A stretch of DNA of 26,173 nt from Camelus dromedarius (Eukaryota): the NCBI RefSeq assembly GCF_036321535.1, contig NC_087436.1, positions 123,258,001 to 123,284,173 on the forward strand, read 5' to 3'. Positions 11,546 to 22,485 of the stretch are shown here, one piece after another; positions within the stretch are counted from its first letter, which is position 1; each line of letters starts with the position of its first letter. Both the position numbers and the translations under genes were made by a program. The notes beneath the pieces were generated by a model that did not search any database, was not told where the DNA came from, and saw only the letters and a program-made list of their open reading frames with translations.

Positions 11546-11635
11546 TCTTCATTTCAGGAGGTTATAATATGTTTATTATTAGTAAAAGGACAAGAATTAG
11601 AATAATTAAAAGAAAGTGTAGAATAGATGCTAGTT
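11546..11635 (-). pseudogene. MT-CYB: Cytochrome b C-terminal fragment (in NUMT), frameshifted
   Basis: Mito-code translation LASILHFLLIILILV... then, after a frameshift, NLLKW and an AGA stop (11548-11546) abutting tRNA-Thr. Confidence 0.85.
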
Positions 11636-12130
11636 TGGGTTTGTGCAGCCAAAAACAAGACTGAAGCTGATATCCATGCAGCACAGCTTTATTCAGTGGT
11701 CAAAGACTGGAGAAGCAGGAACTTAGATCACAGATCAGCTTCTCGCCCTCGTGGAGAGAGGGATTTGATTTTAAACAGTAAAGACAAAGGAGGACTGTTT
11801 GTGTCTCAGCTGGGGAGCCCTTCTCTGCTCTCTTTAATGAAGCAGCTGCAGTGCCAGTCCCTCCTGAGGTGAGCAGCTGTGGGGTTTCAGGCTGTGTCAC
11901 CTGGCCTGCTGAGGTGCTCAGTGTCAGGGAACCCAGGAGCCAGCAGCCTAGCGGGGGTGCTGGGGACCCTCATGGCCCTGGCGGACGTCTCTCCAAGCAG
12001 ACAGCCCAGCCAGAGTGGGGAAACTTTGGAGGATTACAGGTGGGAGGGAGCCACCATCTCATTGATTCTTCAGAAAGTTGGGATGGGATGTGAGATGTAC
12101 TGTTGGGGCAGGAGTTTTGTCAGGGCCTGA
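11636..12130 (-). mobile_element. Probable LTR fragment, antisense
   Basis: ctttattcagtggtcaaagactggagaagcagg...cacagatcagcttctc resembles an antisense ERV LTR with AATAAA on the minus strand; extent uncertain. Confidence 0.4.
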
Positions 12131-13714
12131 TGGAGGAGCCGGGCACAACATCCAGCTTGGGCCAGGGCTGTAGAGGGGAAGTACTGTGGGGACTGGCCAT
12201 AGACTCTGGAGGAGGAGCTGACAGTCAACGGGGCACAAGGAAAGTGGGGGACTGGGAGGCCCCAGGTGTCTGGGCTCAGCAACCAGGGGATGCAGGGCTG
12301 CCTCATAGGGTGTGGGAAGTGGCAGGATCATAGTCCTGTGAGGGGTCTCTTAGCCTCAAGGTTAGAGGAGGATGTAGTGGTAATACAGATGCATCTGACC
12401 TGGGAGAGGGGTACAGGGTGGAAGGGGAGAGGCTGAGTGGGGGCAGGTGGGTTACAGCAGACTCCATGCAGGGGACTGTGGTCCTGATGCGAGCAGCTCA
12501 GAGCTGGAGAGGAGTGGCTGTCAGGTGCTCAGCTTCACGCTCCTGTTCCTTTGTGAAACCACTGTGTCAGAGTTTGAAACACCACCAGGAGAGCCCTGAG
12601 CCCATTGCAGCCCTGGCTTCATCCAAGGGGCTCAGGTGGAAAACAGAACCACTGCAGGTCCCGCCAGTGTCCCCACAGGGAATGAACCCCATGAGGGCAC
12701 TGGGCTCACAGACTTTAGGAGACCCCTGCTGTCAGGACTGGTCTTCTTCCTTGCTCTGACATGCTGGCCAGAGATCCAGGTACCCCGTCCTGACTCCACC
12801 CTCTGGTGCCTGGATTCTGGGACAGCTTGTGGGTAGTGCAAGACCCTCACACTCCTTTATCTGCCTGAGGGTGAGACTGTCTTAAAAGCTGCATTGGCTG
12901 ATTTTGGGGGTCTGAGTGTTTCCAGCAGGTATGGGGAGAAGAAAGGGGTGTGAGGTTCCTACATCGGTAGGGCTTTCCCAGGGCAAAGAGCCGTGCCTTC
13001 CCCCTCCAATTCCATTCCCCACACCGTCCATCCAGGAAGCTCAGATCCAGGAGCACGAGGGCCAAGGCTCTCCCTTTGCTTGTCTGTGATTCCCATTCCC
13101 ACAGCGAGGAGCCTGGCTCCCACCACCTGCCCTTTATCAACCAATTTCTCTGTTGCAGGTTATGTGCACAGAATGGATTTCAGAATTGTTAACTACTACA
13201 CCCCGGAAAGCACTTTATAGTAGAAAGCCCACAGGTTAACAGCGGTCTGTTCTGCCTCTGCAGAAGAAAGTCTGTTCATTTCCAGAGTTAACTTAGGTCA
13301 GCACCTGTTGCCCCACCATCAACTGTTTTTTCCACCCGTTTCCAATACATTTCATAGATTATGTGTCACACTGTGTGTTCCATCCTGTGACGCTGCTACA
13401 CCCTAAACAACTATGTCTGAGTAGATTACGATTGAACTTTGGGCTGTACAAATGTGTGGGTGTAGACAAACGCATAGTGACAGGTGTCCATCCTAAAGTA
13501 AGACATGGAACACTTCAGCCCCCCACCCCCACCCCATGATCTGCTCATGTACATAGCTTTGCCTTTTCCATGATTGTCATCAATGGGGTCCTACTGTGTG
13601 CAGCCTCCTCAGAATGGGTTCTTTCACTTAGTAACATACAAGTGAGACTTACCTGTGCCTTTCTGTGGGCTGACGGTTTAATTTCTGTTGCTGAGGAGAA
13701 TTCCACTGCGTGTG

Positions 13715-14007
13715 TGTGGGAGGAAAACCTGTTCTCCCTCTCCCCTTCGAGGTTCTTGGTTGACACCCCCCAGCCCCTAATAAGACAGATTACAGGGAGA
13801 AAAAGAAGCAAGTTGAATAACGTGCATACCTCCTGTATACAGGGGAGACACCCAGGAACACTGACTCCCTCCCTGAAACGGCCAGAGGCATCACCTGAAG
13901 TATGACCTTCAGCTGAAAACAAAAGCAAGGCCTGGGGGAGGGAGGAAGTCGCTTATGGCAGGTTGTCATGAAAGCTCAGCAAACAAGGGTGTAAGGTTTA
14001 AAGTTTG
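13715..14007 (-). mobile_element. ERV1-class LTR fragment (keeps one terminus)
   Basis: Starts TGTGGGAGGAAAA inside L1 sequence; taataagacagattacagggagaaaaag and gggagacacccaggaa...tccctgaaacggcc; homologous to 22110-22485. Confidence 0.75.
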
Positions 14008-14124
14008 TGTCCCCGTTCACTTCATTCCATATGGCTTCCAACTGATTGTTTCTTAAGTATTTGGAGAAGTTATGGACATTTGGCTCTATTTCAGTTTGAA
14101 TTTCCAGTGTAAAGGATTGAGGAG

Positions 14125-14393
14125 AGCCGCTGTCGGGGCGGGGCCTCGGCTGGCTGTGAGGGCGGCTGGGCCCGCGCTTTCCCATTGGCTGGCCGGGCCC
14201 GGAGCCCGCCTCCCCCAGCTGCGGCGGGAACTCGCGTGCGCTCTGCCCGAGGATCTGGCGTCCTGCGCAGCTGACTTGAGCCGCGTCTCCTCTGGACCTG
14301 CCGGGGCTTCGGGACAACTGGGGGTTTTGTCCCCGCTGACAGGAGCCCCGTCTCCTCAGGATCCAACAGGAGGTGCTGCACTGAAGAGAAGGT
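14125..14393 (+). promoter_or_regulatory. Small CpG island promoter plus putative non-coding first exon
   Basis: GGGGCGGGGC 14135-14144; reverse NF-Y box AGCCAATGG (ATTGG 14184-14188); CGCGTGCGC 14233-14241; no ATG before donor AAG|GTGAGG (GT 14392-14393). Confidence 0.7.
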
Positions 14394-14507
14394 GAGGAGG
14401 AAGGGAAAGTGAGGGGAAGTGAGGAGAAGCTTCCCGTGAGGGGCTGACGGCTGAGGGGAGGCCCTCCTCAGAGGCCCCGGGGGAGGAAGGGCTGGATGTG
14501 GGAAGCT

Positions 14508-15305
14508 GTGGGGTTTAGTCAGGTTCTGTGTGTGGTGCAGAGAGTGTGCCGCGTCCTTCTTTGGCGTGCGGTGTCCAGTTTTCCCAGCACCATTCATCGA
14601 GGGGACTGTCCTTTCCCCGGTGCAGGTTCCTGGCTCCTTTCTCGTGACTTAACTGACCACATCCCCGTAGGTTTGTTTGCGGACTCTCTCTGGTCCATGT
14701 CCCTGTGGTTGTGCCAATTCCACACCTTTTTGGTGACTGTGCTTTTGTAATGCCGTGTGAAGTCAGGGAGGGAGATGCCTCCAGCCCGTTTCCCTTTTGT
14801 AGAATCTCTTCAGCTGTTCAGGGTCCTTTGTGTTTCCACGTGAATGTTAGGAATGTTTGTTCTGTTTCTGTGAAAAATGCCGCTGAAGTTTATTTTATTT
14901 TATTTTATAGAAGTATAGTCAATTCACGATGTTCTGTTATTTTCTGGTGTGGGGCACAGTGATTTGACGTGCCTGCTTTGAGTCTCAGCACTGCCTTGGG
15001 TAGAATGGGCATTGTAACAACATTAATTCGTTCTGTCCGTGAGCACAGGGTATCCTTCCACTTATTTGCGTCTGTTCAGTTTCCTTCCTCAGTGTCTTAG
15101 GATTTTCAGTGTGCACGTCTTTCACACCCTTGGCTAAATTTATTCCTAGGTATTTTTTGGATGCAACTGTAAATGGGATTTTAAAAAATGTCTCTTTCTG
15201 ATGTTTCATTATTAACGTATAGAAAGACAACTGATTTTTGTGTATTGATTTTGTACCTTGTGGCTTTACTGAAATGATTTATTAGTTCTAACAGTTTTTG
15301 ATGGT
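14508..15305 (-). mobile_element. Internal L1 ORF2 fragment, with a short younger L1 3'-end insert at ~14890-14965
   Basis: ORF 14985..15230 (IPFTVASKKYLGINLAKGVKDVHTENPKTLRKE) is ORF2p-like; the insert reads tattttatttta...gaagtatagtcaattcacgatgtt...tttctggtgt. Confidence 0.85.
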
Positions 15306-15961
15306 TTGATGTGGAAAACTAGAAATCAGAAATCGCCCTGTTTGGACTCCATCCAGGTCCCCCACAGCACCTGAGACACAGCGGCTCCTAATCTTCCCAC
15401 AGTGCCTCTGAGTTACACGTGGACTCCTGCAAGGGCGACAAGCATCAGCACTTTGGGTGAACTGGGTCGCGTTAAGGGTGGGCCTCTATGAGGGAATCTG
15501 ATGTCTTCTCTGCTTTTTTGGTGTGGTGTTGCCATGGTTGTTTTCAAAAGTAATACAGTTTCTAATAAAGTTTCTTACAAAGTTGCATATAAAATACTTT
15601 AAACAGCATTATACGCAGTACTCGCATTTGCCACCTCACATGGAACACTCCAGTGGGTTTTACCTAGCACTGGGATACTCCCCCAGGGAACCAGCACATA
15701 AACCCCAAATGAAGAGATTGTACGGTTCACCTTGTAACCCCATCCACAGGCCCGCTTCAGCCTTCCCCTTCGCCCCAACTTACGGAAATCCCTTTTCCAT
15801 TCTGTGCCAGTTTTCTTTTTCTGAAGCTGTTACTGAGAGTTTCCCTCTTTTTCATCCCTTAGTGGATTTAAGGCCCAAGGTGAGTACGATCCGGGTGCCC
15901 TCTTCTGTGTGTCTCCTTTCACTTAGAATGTATCCAATTTGAATCATTACTGATTCATTCA

Positions 15962-16572
15962 CATTTTTCATTGTCATTAAAAATACAGAACATAGCATTT
16001 ACCATTTAAACATTTAACTATGCAGGTCTATGGTATTCACTAAATTCACATTGTTGTACAGATGCCTCACCATCCGTCTCCAGAACTTCCTCATTTTCCC
16101 CAAGTGAAGCCCTGTGTCCAGTGAACACTGACTCCCCTCAGCCCCTGGCAGTGACACTGTTTCTGTCTCCGCATCTGACTTCTCTGGGTGCCTTGTACAA
16201 GGGGAATCCTGCAATATTTGTCCTTCTGTGTCTGGCTTGTTTCACTTAGCACAGTGACTTCAAGATTTATCCACGTTGCAGCATGTGTCATAATCTGCTG
16301 ACTTTTTAAGGCTGTGCGGTATCCCACTGTGCATACACCACATGTAGTTTATCCATTCACCCGCTGGTGGACAGGTGAGTTGTTTCCACCTTTTGCTGTT
16401 GTGATTAGTGCTGCCGTGGGTATGGGTGTACCCATTTCTACTCCAGTTCCTGCTTTCGAATATTTTGAACATATATCCTGAAGTGGCATTGATGGATCAC
16501 ACGTCAACCCCAAGTGTAAGTTTTTGAGGAACTCCCATGCGGTTCTCCACCGTGGCTGCACCATTTTAGCCC
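15962..16572 (-). mobile_element. L1MB3-like 3' end nested in an older L1MB-type element (~15600-15960 and 16573-17580)
   Basis: ORFs 16091..16327 (THAATWINLEVTVLSETSQTQKDKY) and 16349..16564 resemble the ORF2p C-terminus; host L1 text resumes at ~16573. Confidence 0.8.
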
Positions 16573-17041
16573 TTCATATGGCAGAATAATATGGCAGTTT
16601 ATGGGTGTACCCAGTTTGTTTATCTGTTTAGCCTTTGATGGACATTTCAGTTGTTCTACCTTCGGGGCCATTGCGCATAGTGCTGCTGTGAATATGTGTG
16701 TGCCTTTTTTCGTTTGAACACCTGTTTTTAATGTTTCGGGGTCTATATCTAGGAGTGAAGTTGTTGAACCATAAGGTAACTGTGTTTTTATCTGTTTGAG
16801 GAAATGACAAACTGGAAACATGGGCTGCACCATTTTCCAATTTTTCAAGTAATGTTTAAAAGTTTCAGTTTCTCTACATTTTGGCCAATATTTGTTGTTT
16901 TAGTTTTCTTGACTGTAGGGCTTCCAGTGTGCTTGGGAGGGACGGCATTATGGTATTCATTTACATTTCCATCACGGCTGATTTTTAACATCCTTTCATG
17001 TGCTTGTCGACTATTTGTCTTATCCGGAGAAGGGTCTGTTT

Positions 17042-17188
17042 TTTAAAAAATTATTTAATTTTATTCATGTAGTGGTGTTTTTCTTTTTATCAGGTAGAAT
17101 TATTACTGTTTGACTGCACATATACATTATATTGCATGTAAATACATATATACAATATACTGTACTTTTTTTTTTTAGCTTATATATA
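17042..17188 (-). other. Short retroposed AT-rich insert with target-site duplication
   Basis: GAGAAGGGTCT at 17027-17037 and 17189-17199; AATAAA on the minus strand 17065-17060; residual T tract 17039-17044. Confidence 0.65.
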
Positions 17189-18182
17189 GAGAAGGGTCTA
17201 CTTAAGTCCTTTTACCGTGTTAAAAATGGGTTTGCTTTGTCTTTTTATGAGTTTTAAAAGTTCTTGATACATTCTTGATAAAGTTTTTTTCAAGTATATA
17301 ATATACAAATATTTTCTTTGATTTTGTGTGCTGTCTTTTCAGTTTCTGGATAGCATCTTTGATGTACAAAAGTCTTTAATTTTTACCACTCTTTAAATTT
17401 AAGCTTTTTGTGTATCTTGAGTTAATTTTGCATGTGGTATGAAGCAGGGATCCAACTTCATTTCTCTTAGAAATGAAAAAATGTCACTGGGTAGACAATT
17501 GCCTGGCACCACTTGTTGAAAACACAATTTTCCCCTCTATTTAATCTTGCCCACTGTGGTAAAAAATCAGTCAGTGCGTGTGTCTGTTCACATTAGAGTG
17601 TTGCTCTGGATACATGCCTAGCAGTGGGATCTCAGACTTTTCTTGCTTCTGACCTAAGCAGGAGGAGGTCACTATGTGGAACGGACACTTCAGGAGACGG
17701 GGCTTTAGCTCCTCCTCCTTGATGGATGTCATGGATTATTAGGAACACTTCTGCATAGGAGTTTTCTATTGAATCCCATTTATTAAAATTAAAAAAAAAA
17801 CTATGTCATCATTTAACTTCACCATTGTGGACACCTGGATAGCTATTTAACTCTCTTGGTTATAATCCAGCACTACCGGTTTGGTTGCTCAGTTTATTCC
17901 GGCATTGGCTATTGAGATCTCTTTCATTGGCTCCTGTTTTCTTTGAGATCATTCCATATTTTGGGGTTTTTTCCCCCCCCTGGTATTTCCTTGATTTCTG
18001 ATACAAGATTCAAGATTATACTGGCTCATACATTGACTGTCTCAGTCCTAGTATAAGCTGTTTCTTCAAAGAGTCCTGATTCCTTTTATTAGAGAGTGGT
18101 ATTAAGAATTTACATATGGGAGGAAAATGTTCTCCGCTGACAATGCGGGGAAATGTGGGCATGTGTTCCCACCTTAGTGTAT

Positions 18183-18645
18183 TGTTGTTGCTCAGGGAGC
18201 ACCCCCCCCCAAATCTGCCACAACCACATAGTGTTTTAAATTAAAGTTACTTAGAAATGGCCAAAGCAAGAAGGACACTCTGACCCCAGCTCTATCTCCC
18301 TAAAAGCAGGAAGTAAGTCTCACGTGAAAGGTTCAGAGGCGCAAATAAACATAACTTGTAACTTTTTAAATTCACAGCCCCAAGCCCAGACTCTGTTTAG
18401 ATTCTTTGTTGAGTACCCAAAAGCTACACTTCTTTGGGCTGTCAATTCCTAACAAATTTATAGTTTTCTAAATGTATAAGATCTGCCTGTTTTCACTACT
18501 TCTTACTTCCCATTTCTATGAGACTTGTGTGTGTAGGAATTAAAATTTCTTTTTCTCCTGTGGCTCTGTCTTGCGTTAGTTTTATTACTAGTCCAGCCAC
18601 AAGAAGTCAAGAGGGATAGAGAGTGAAATTTCCCCCTTCCCAATA
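18183..18645 (+). mobile_element. Solo LTR (ERV1, MER34-like) with 4-bp TSD
   Basis: Starts TGTTG, ends CAATA (decayed CAACA); GTAT at 18179-18182 and 18646-18649; interrupts L1MC-like sequence. Confidence 0.85.
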
Positions 18646-19283
18646 GTATACACTCCTAATTGTAAAGATTTCTACGTGGAAATTTCTGTATTCAAATTAA
18701 GCAGAAGACGGGTTTATACTGATGCCTCCAACTTGATCCATTATATGGACAGTGTACCCCCCCCCCCGCTTATCTGTAACTCCCAGTCAGACAATAGAAT
18801 CCTGGTTCCCACCATCTTCCACCCATTCAGTTCATTTCTCATTCTGCTCCAGATGAGTGGTTTCAGCGTTCTTAGCTCCTGCCCCTGTGGGATGGATCTT
18901 ACAGATCCCAATGTTTACATGCAGTATGCTTTCCCTGTAGTCTGCACGTTCCATTCATTCCTGCAGTCACTGAGGCTGGCCCCTTCTGCTCCACCAGCAG
19001 CAGTGAGTGTTTTCACACATCTCTAACACAGAGCCTGTGTTACATCCTGCATTCCGTCCTGTGACACTGCTGCTTACTCGATCACTTAACTGACTTGTTG
19101 GGTCATACAGACCTATGGGTTTAGACAAGTGCATAATGGCAAATGTCCACCACGAAGTATCGTATGGAACATTTAAAACTCCCACATGAGCTGTTTACCG
19201 TCTCTTAGTTTTCCCTTTCCCCGAATTTCACATAAATTGAGTCACATAGTGCATAGGTAGCCTCTCCAGACTGATTCTCTTTT

Positions 19284-19490
19284 TGAAGGAAAATCACATG
19301 GACTTGGTATTGACAAGAGAGCTCTGTCCAGTGGAGCCAGGAGCCCATTCAGAACTTGTGACCTATCGTATCACATCTCAGCCTGAATCAAATCCTGAGT
19401 TTAGACCTGACAAAGCCTCCCAGGACATCTGCCAGAAACTTATCTGTCTGCCGGAAACCTACCTACTTATTGTACTCTCGGCTGCAAGTG
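19284..19490 (+). mobile_element. LTR 5' fragment
   Basis: Begins TGAAGGAAAATC abruptly within L1 sequence; L1 resumes at ~19495. Confidence 0.5.
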
Positions 19491-22109
19491 GTTCAGGGCA
19501 TACTGATCACTTGAGTTTCTAAGCCATTATGAATAGACCTCCTGTGCATTACTTGATGTTCGTTTTCGTTTGAACAGTTTTTCAAAGCAGTTGTTTAAAT
19601 TCAAGAGATGATTTTTTTTTTTTTTTTTTTTTTTTGGATTCTAAGTTGAGACTGTTTGGCTTTGGAAGAAACTGCCAAACTGTCTTCCAAAGTTGGCCGC
19701 ACCTGTCTTCCACCAGGACCTTGAATGTATTTTTGTATGATTGTTTTCTACCTGTATACCTTCTTTAGCCCGATGTTTGTTTCTATCTTTACCCATTTTA
19801 ATGGGGTTGTTTGTTCTAGATTTTATTGGTATAACTTGAGTACAAATCCTTCATCAGATGCGCATTTTGCAAATACTTTCTCCTAGCGTGTGGTCTCTCT
19901 TTTGCCTTTATGAATAAGACCTTTCACAGAGTAGACGTCTATAGTTCTATAAAGTCCATGTCATTAATTTTGTGTTGATGTGTAGATAGGCGTTTGTTGT
20001 TGCGAGTTAAAACTCATCACCAGACCCAAGGCCTTACAGATTTTCTCCCTTTTCCTTTTAAGATTTGTATAGTTTTGTCATTTAAATTTGTCTATATGCA
20101 ATCTTGAGTGAATTTTGCCATCAGTTGTCTATGTTCTCTTCATTCTATACGTTTTTTAGTTAATTGCTCCTTAACCAGTTTTTGAGACAGCATAGTGAGC
20201 TATTTGGCTGTGTTTCACTTTGGATTTCCAAAGGCACTACGTAGAGCAGAACTGCATTCAGGATGAGGTCTCTGGGCTTTGTGAACTCAGCATCCCCTGA
20301 ACTTTTTTTTTTTTTTTTTTATGGTTCACAGCGGGGTGCCAAATCCACCTGTGACCCACAGGGCACACCTTGTGGGTCATTCTGCCCATGGACTTGGCCC
20401 CTTGCACAGCCGACAGGGGCTTGGTCTCTTCAGGACTGTCAGGGCTTTGTCTTCTAGACAGTGGGGCTGTGTCCATGCTGTCATGGTCTGAGTTTTCTTG
20501 GGCATTGCTGTGAAAAGGCACAATAAGAGGAAAAAAAAAGGCCAAGTGGGGAGAAGCTTCCTGTGTGCAGCTGACTGTTTGGGGGAGTTCTGTCTTCAGT
20601 GGAACTTCAGAAAGAGGTTGATGTGGAAAACTGGGGTTTTAGTTAGTTTTGTGTGCAGTGGAGATGGTGACCAGTGATGTTCTTTGGTGCATGGTGTCCC
20701 GTTTTCCTGGCAATGTTTATGGAGGGGAATGTCCCTCCATCTTTGTATGTCCTTGGCCCCATTTTCATGAATTAACTGGCCACAGTCATGCGGGTTTATC
20801 TCTGGGCTCTTTATGCTGTTACCCTCGTCTGTGTGTCTGTGTTTGTGCCAGTTCCTCACTGTTGTGGTTACTACAGCTCCTTGATACAGTTTGATGCTAG
20901 GGAGGGAGATGCCTCCAGCTGTGTCCTTCTTTCTCAGAACTGCACTGGCTGTTCAGGGTCCTTAGTTGTTCTATATTAATAGCAGGGTTGTTATTTCCAT
21001 TTCAATGAAACATATCATTGAACATTATATTGATGTTGCAGTGAATTTGTTGATAGTTTTGGGTAGAATCAATAATTTAATACTAGTAATTCTTCCAATC
21101 CATGAGTACAGAGTATTTTATTTTTCTGTTTATTTGTGTCTTTAACTTCTTACTCAGTGCTATATAGTATTTTGAGTACAGGTCTTTCACATCCTTGGTT
21201 AAATTTGTTCCTAGTTTTTTCCTTCTTTTTGATACAATTATAAATGTGATTGTTTCCTTAAATTTTCCTTCTGATGGGTTATTATTAGTGTATAGAAATG
21301 CAACTGATTTTTGTACATTGATTTCAAATTGAACTTCACTGAATTTATTTGTTTTAACAACTGTTTGTTAAGTGTTGTGGAAAATTGTAATGTTAAAATC
21401 TCACTGGTTCTCCTGCATCCCAGGTCGTGCACAGTATCCAAGACTCAGTGGCTACTGGTATACTCATCCCACAATGCCTCTTAATAACAAGTGGATTCCT
21501 ACAAGGGCGATGAGCATCACAACTCTGGCTGACCTTGGTCTGGGTGAGCCTTGGCTTCTATAGCAAGGTTTGATGTCTGTCTTATCAGCTTCTCTGCCGT
21601 GGTATTGATATGGTTGTTTTGAAAAGTAATGGGTTTTCCAGTAATTTCTATGACGGTAAACACTACTCACATTTGCCGCTTTGTACAAAATACTGTAGGG
21701 TGTTTTACCCCAAACAGGGGTAGTCTCCTGAGGAGCCGTCATATAACCCACCAGTGAAGAAGCCGTATGGCTTCCACATTATTGTGTGACCTGCCGGCCC
21801 CCTTCAGCTGTCACCGCTTGGTCCAGCTGCTGGTTCTCTGTTTCTGGGTTTGTTACTGAGACTCTCACTTTGACAGCCTTGATGGATGTAAAGCACACAC
21901 GATGACCACGTGATCTGGGGGAGCTTTTCTTTACAGCTCTTTTCGCTAAGGATCTTTTCAGTGTTTATTAATGTTGTAAGTTGTATCAGTTCTACATTCC
22001 TACATGATTTTCACTGTGATTAAAAATACATATGACACTTTTAACTGAAATCATTTCAAGTACACATTTTTCTGTGGTGTTAACTACCTTCCCATAATTG
22101 TACAAATTC

Positions 22110-22485
22110 AAGAACTTGTGTGCCTACTTTAAGCATGGGAGATGCCCAGGAAATTGAGTAATTCCCTGAAATGGCCCAAGACATTACCCGAAATACCATC
22201 TTTATCTAACACCAAAAAGAAAGGAAGGTTGTAGGTTTAAATCTTAGCCTTCTCTATTGATTTTTTTTTTTTTTTTGAGATTTAGTCTTTCTTTTATTCC
22301 TGGTACAAAAAGGGAGATTACTTTTCAAATGGAGATTTCCCTTATAAATGTAAATTTGCCTCACAAAAGGCAGTATTGACTTGGATTTCATAGAGTCTCA
22401 TGTGTCTTATTTTTTTAAGAAATCTGCCCATTGTAATCTTCATGCCAAAGAGATATATTTTAGGGTGTCATTTGCCCTCTTTCCA
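22110..22485 (-). mobile_element. ERV1-class LTR fragment (keeps the other terminus)
   Basis: gggagatgcccaggaaa...ttccctgaaatggccc...atgccaaagagatatattttagggtg, ending CA at 22484-22485; overlaps in sequence with 13715-14007. Confidence 0.75.

Larger units (their letters stand above)
10842..11635 (-). pseudogene. NUMT: mitochondrial CYTB 3' end, tRNA-Thr, tRNA-Pro and control region
   Basis: 10842-10916 is the reverse complement of the conserved D-loop block GGCATCTGGTTCTTACTTCAGGGCC-TCTCACCTAAAA...CCCACT...CTTAAATAAGACATCTC-ATGG; the tRNA and CYTB remnants follow in mitochondrial order. Confidence 0.95.
13160..17580 (+). repeat. Duplicated cassette copy B (intact promoter)
   Basis: L1MC-like 13160-13714 (homologous to ~18850-19280), LTR, CpG promoter/exon, L1 ORF2 fragment 14508-15305, unique spacer ~15320-15560, L1MB-type elements ~15600-17580. 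Confidence 0.85.
17700..22110 (+). repeat. Duplicated cassette copy C (decayed promoter, donors lost)
   Basis: L1MC-like 17700-20130 with two LTR inserts; 20132-20560 aligns by eye to 14010-14440; L1 fragment 20633-21371 with the 19-mer at 20899-20917; spacer from 21372. Confidence 0.85.

Noticed and set aside
14030..14325. A-MYB (pachytene piRNA) promoter sites
   Set aside because: Only short CAACTG hexamers, expected by chance.
15306..15560. Repeated spacer as a C/D-box snoRNA or miRNA cluster
   Set aside because: TGATGTG is not a C box (TGATGA) and is explained as an L1-flanking direct repeat; no conserved terminal stem or hairpin seen across copies.
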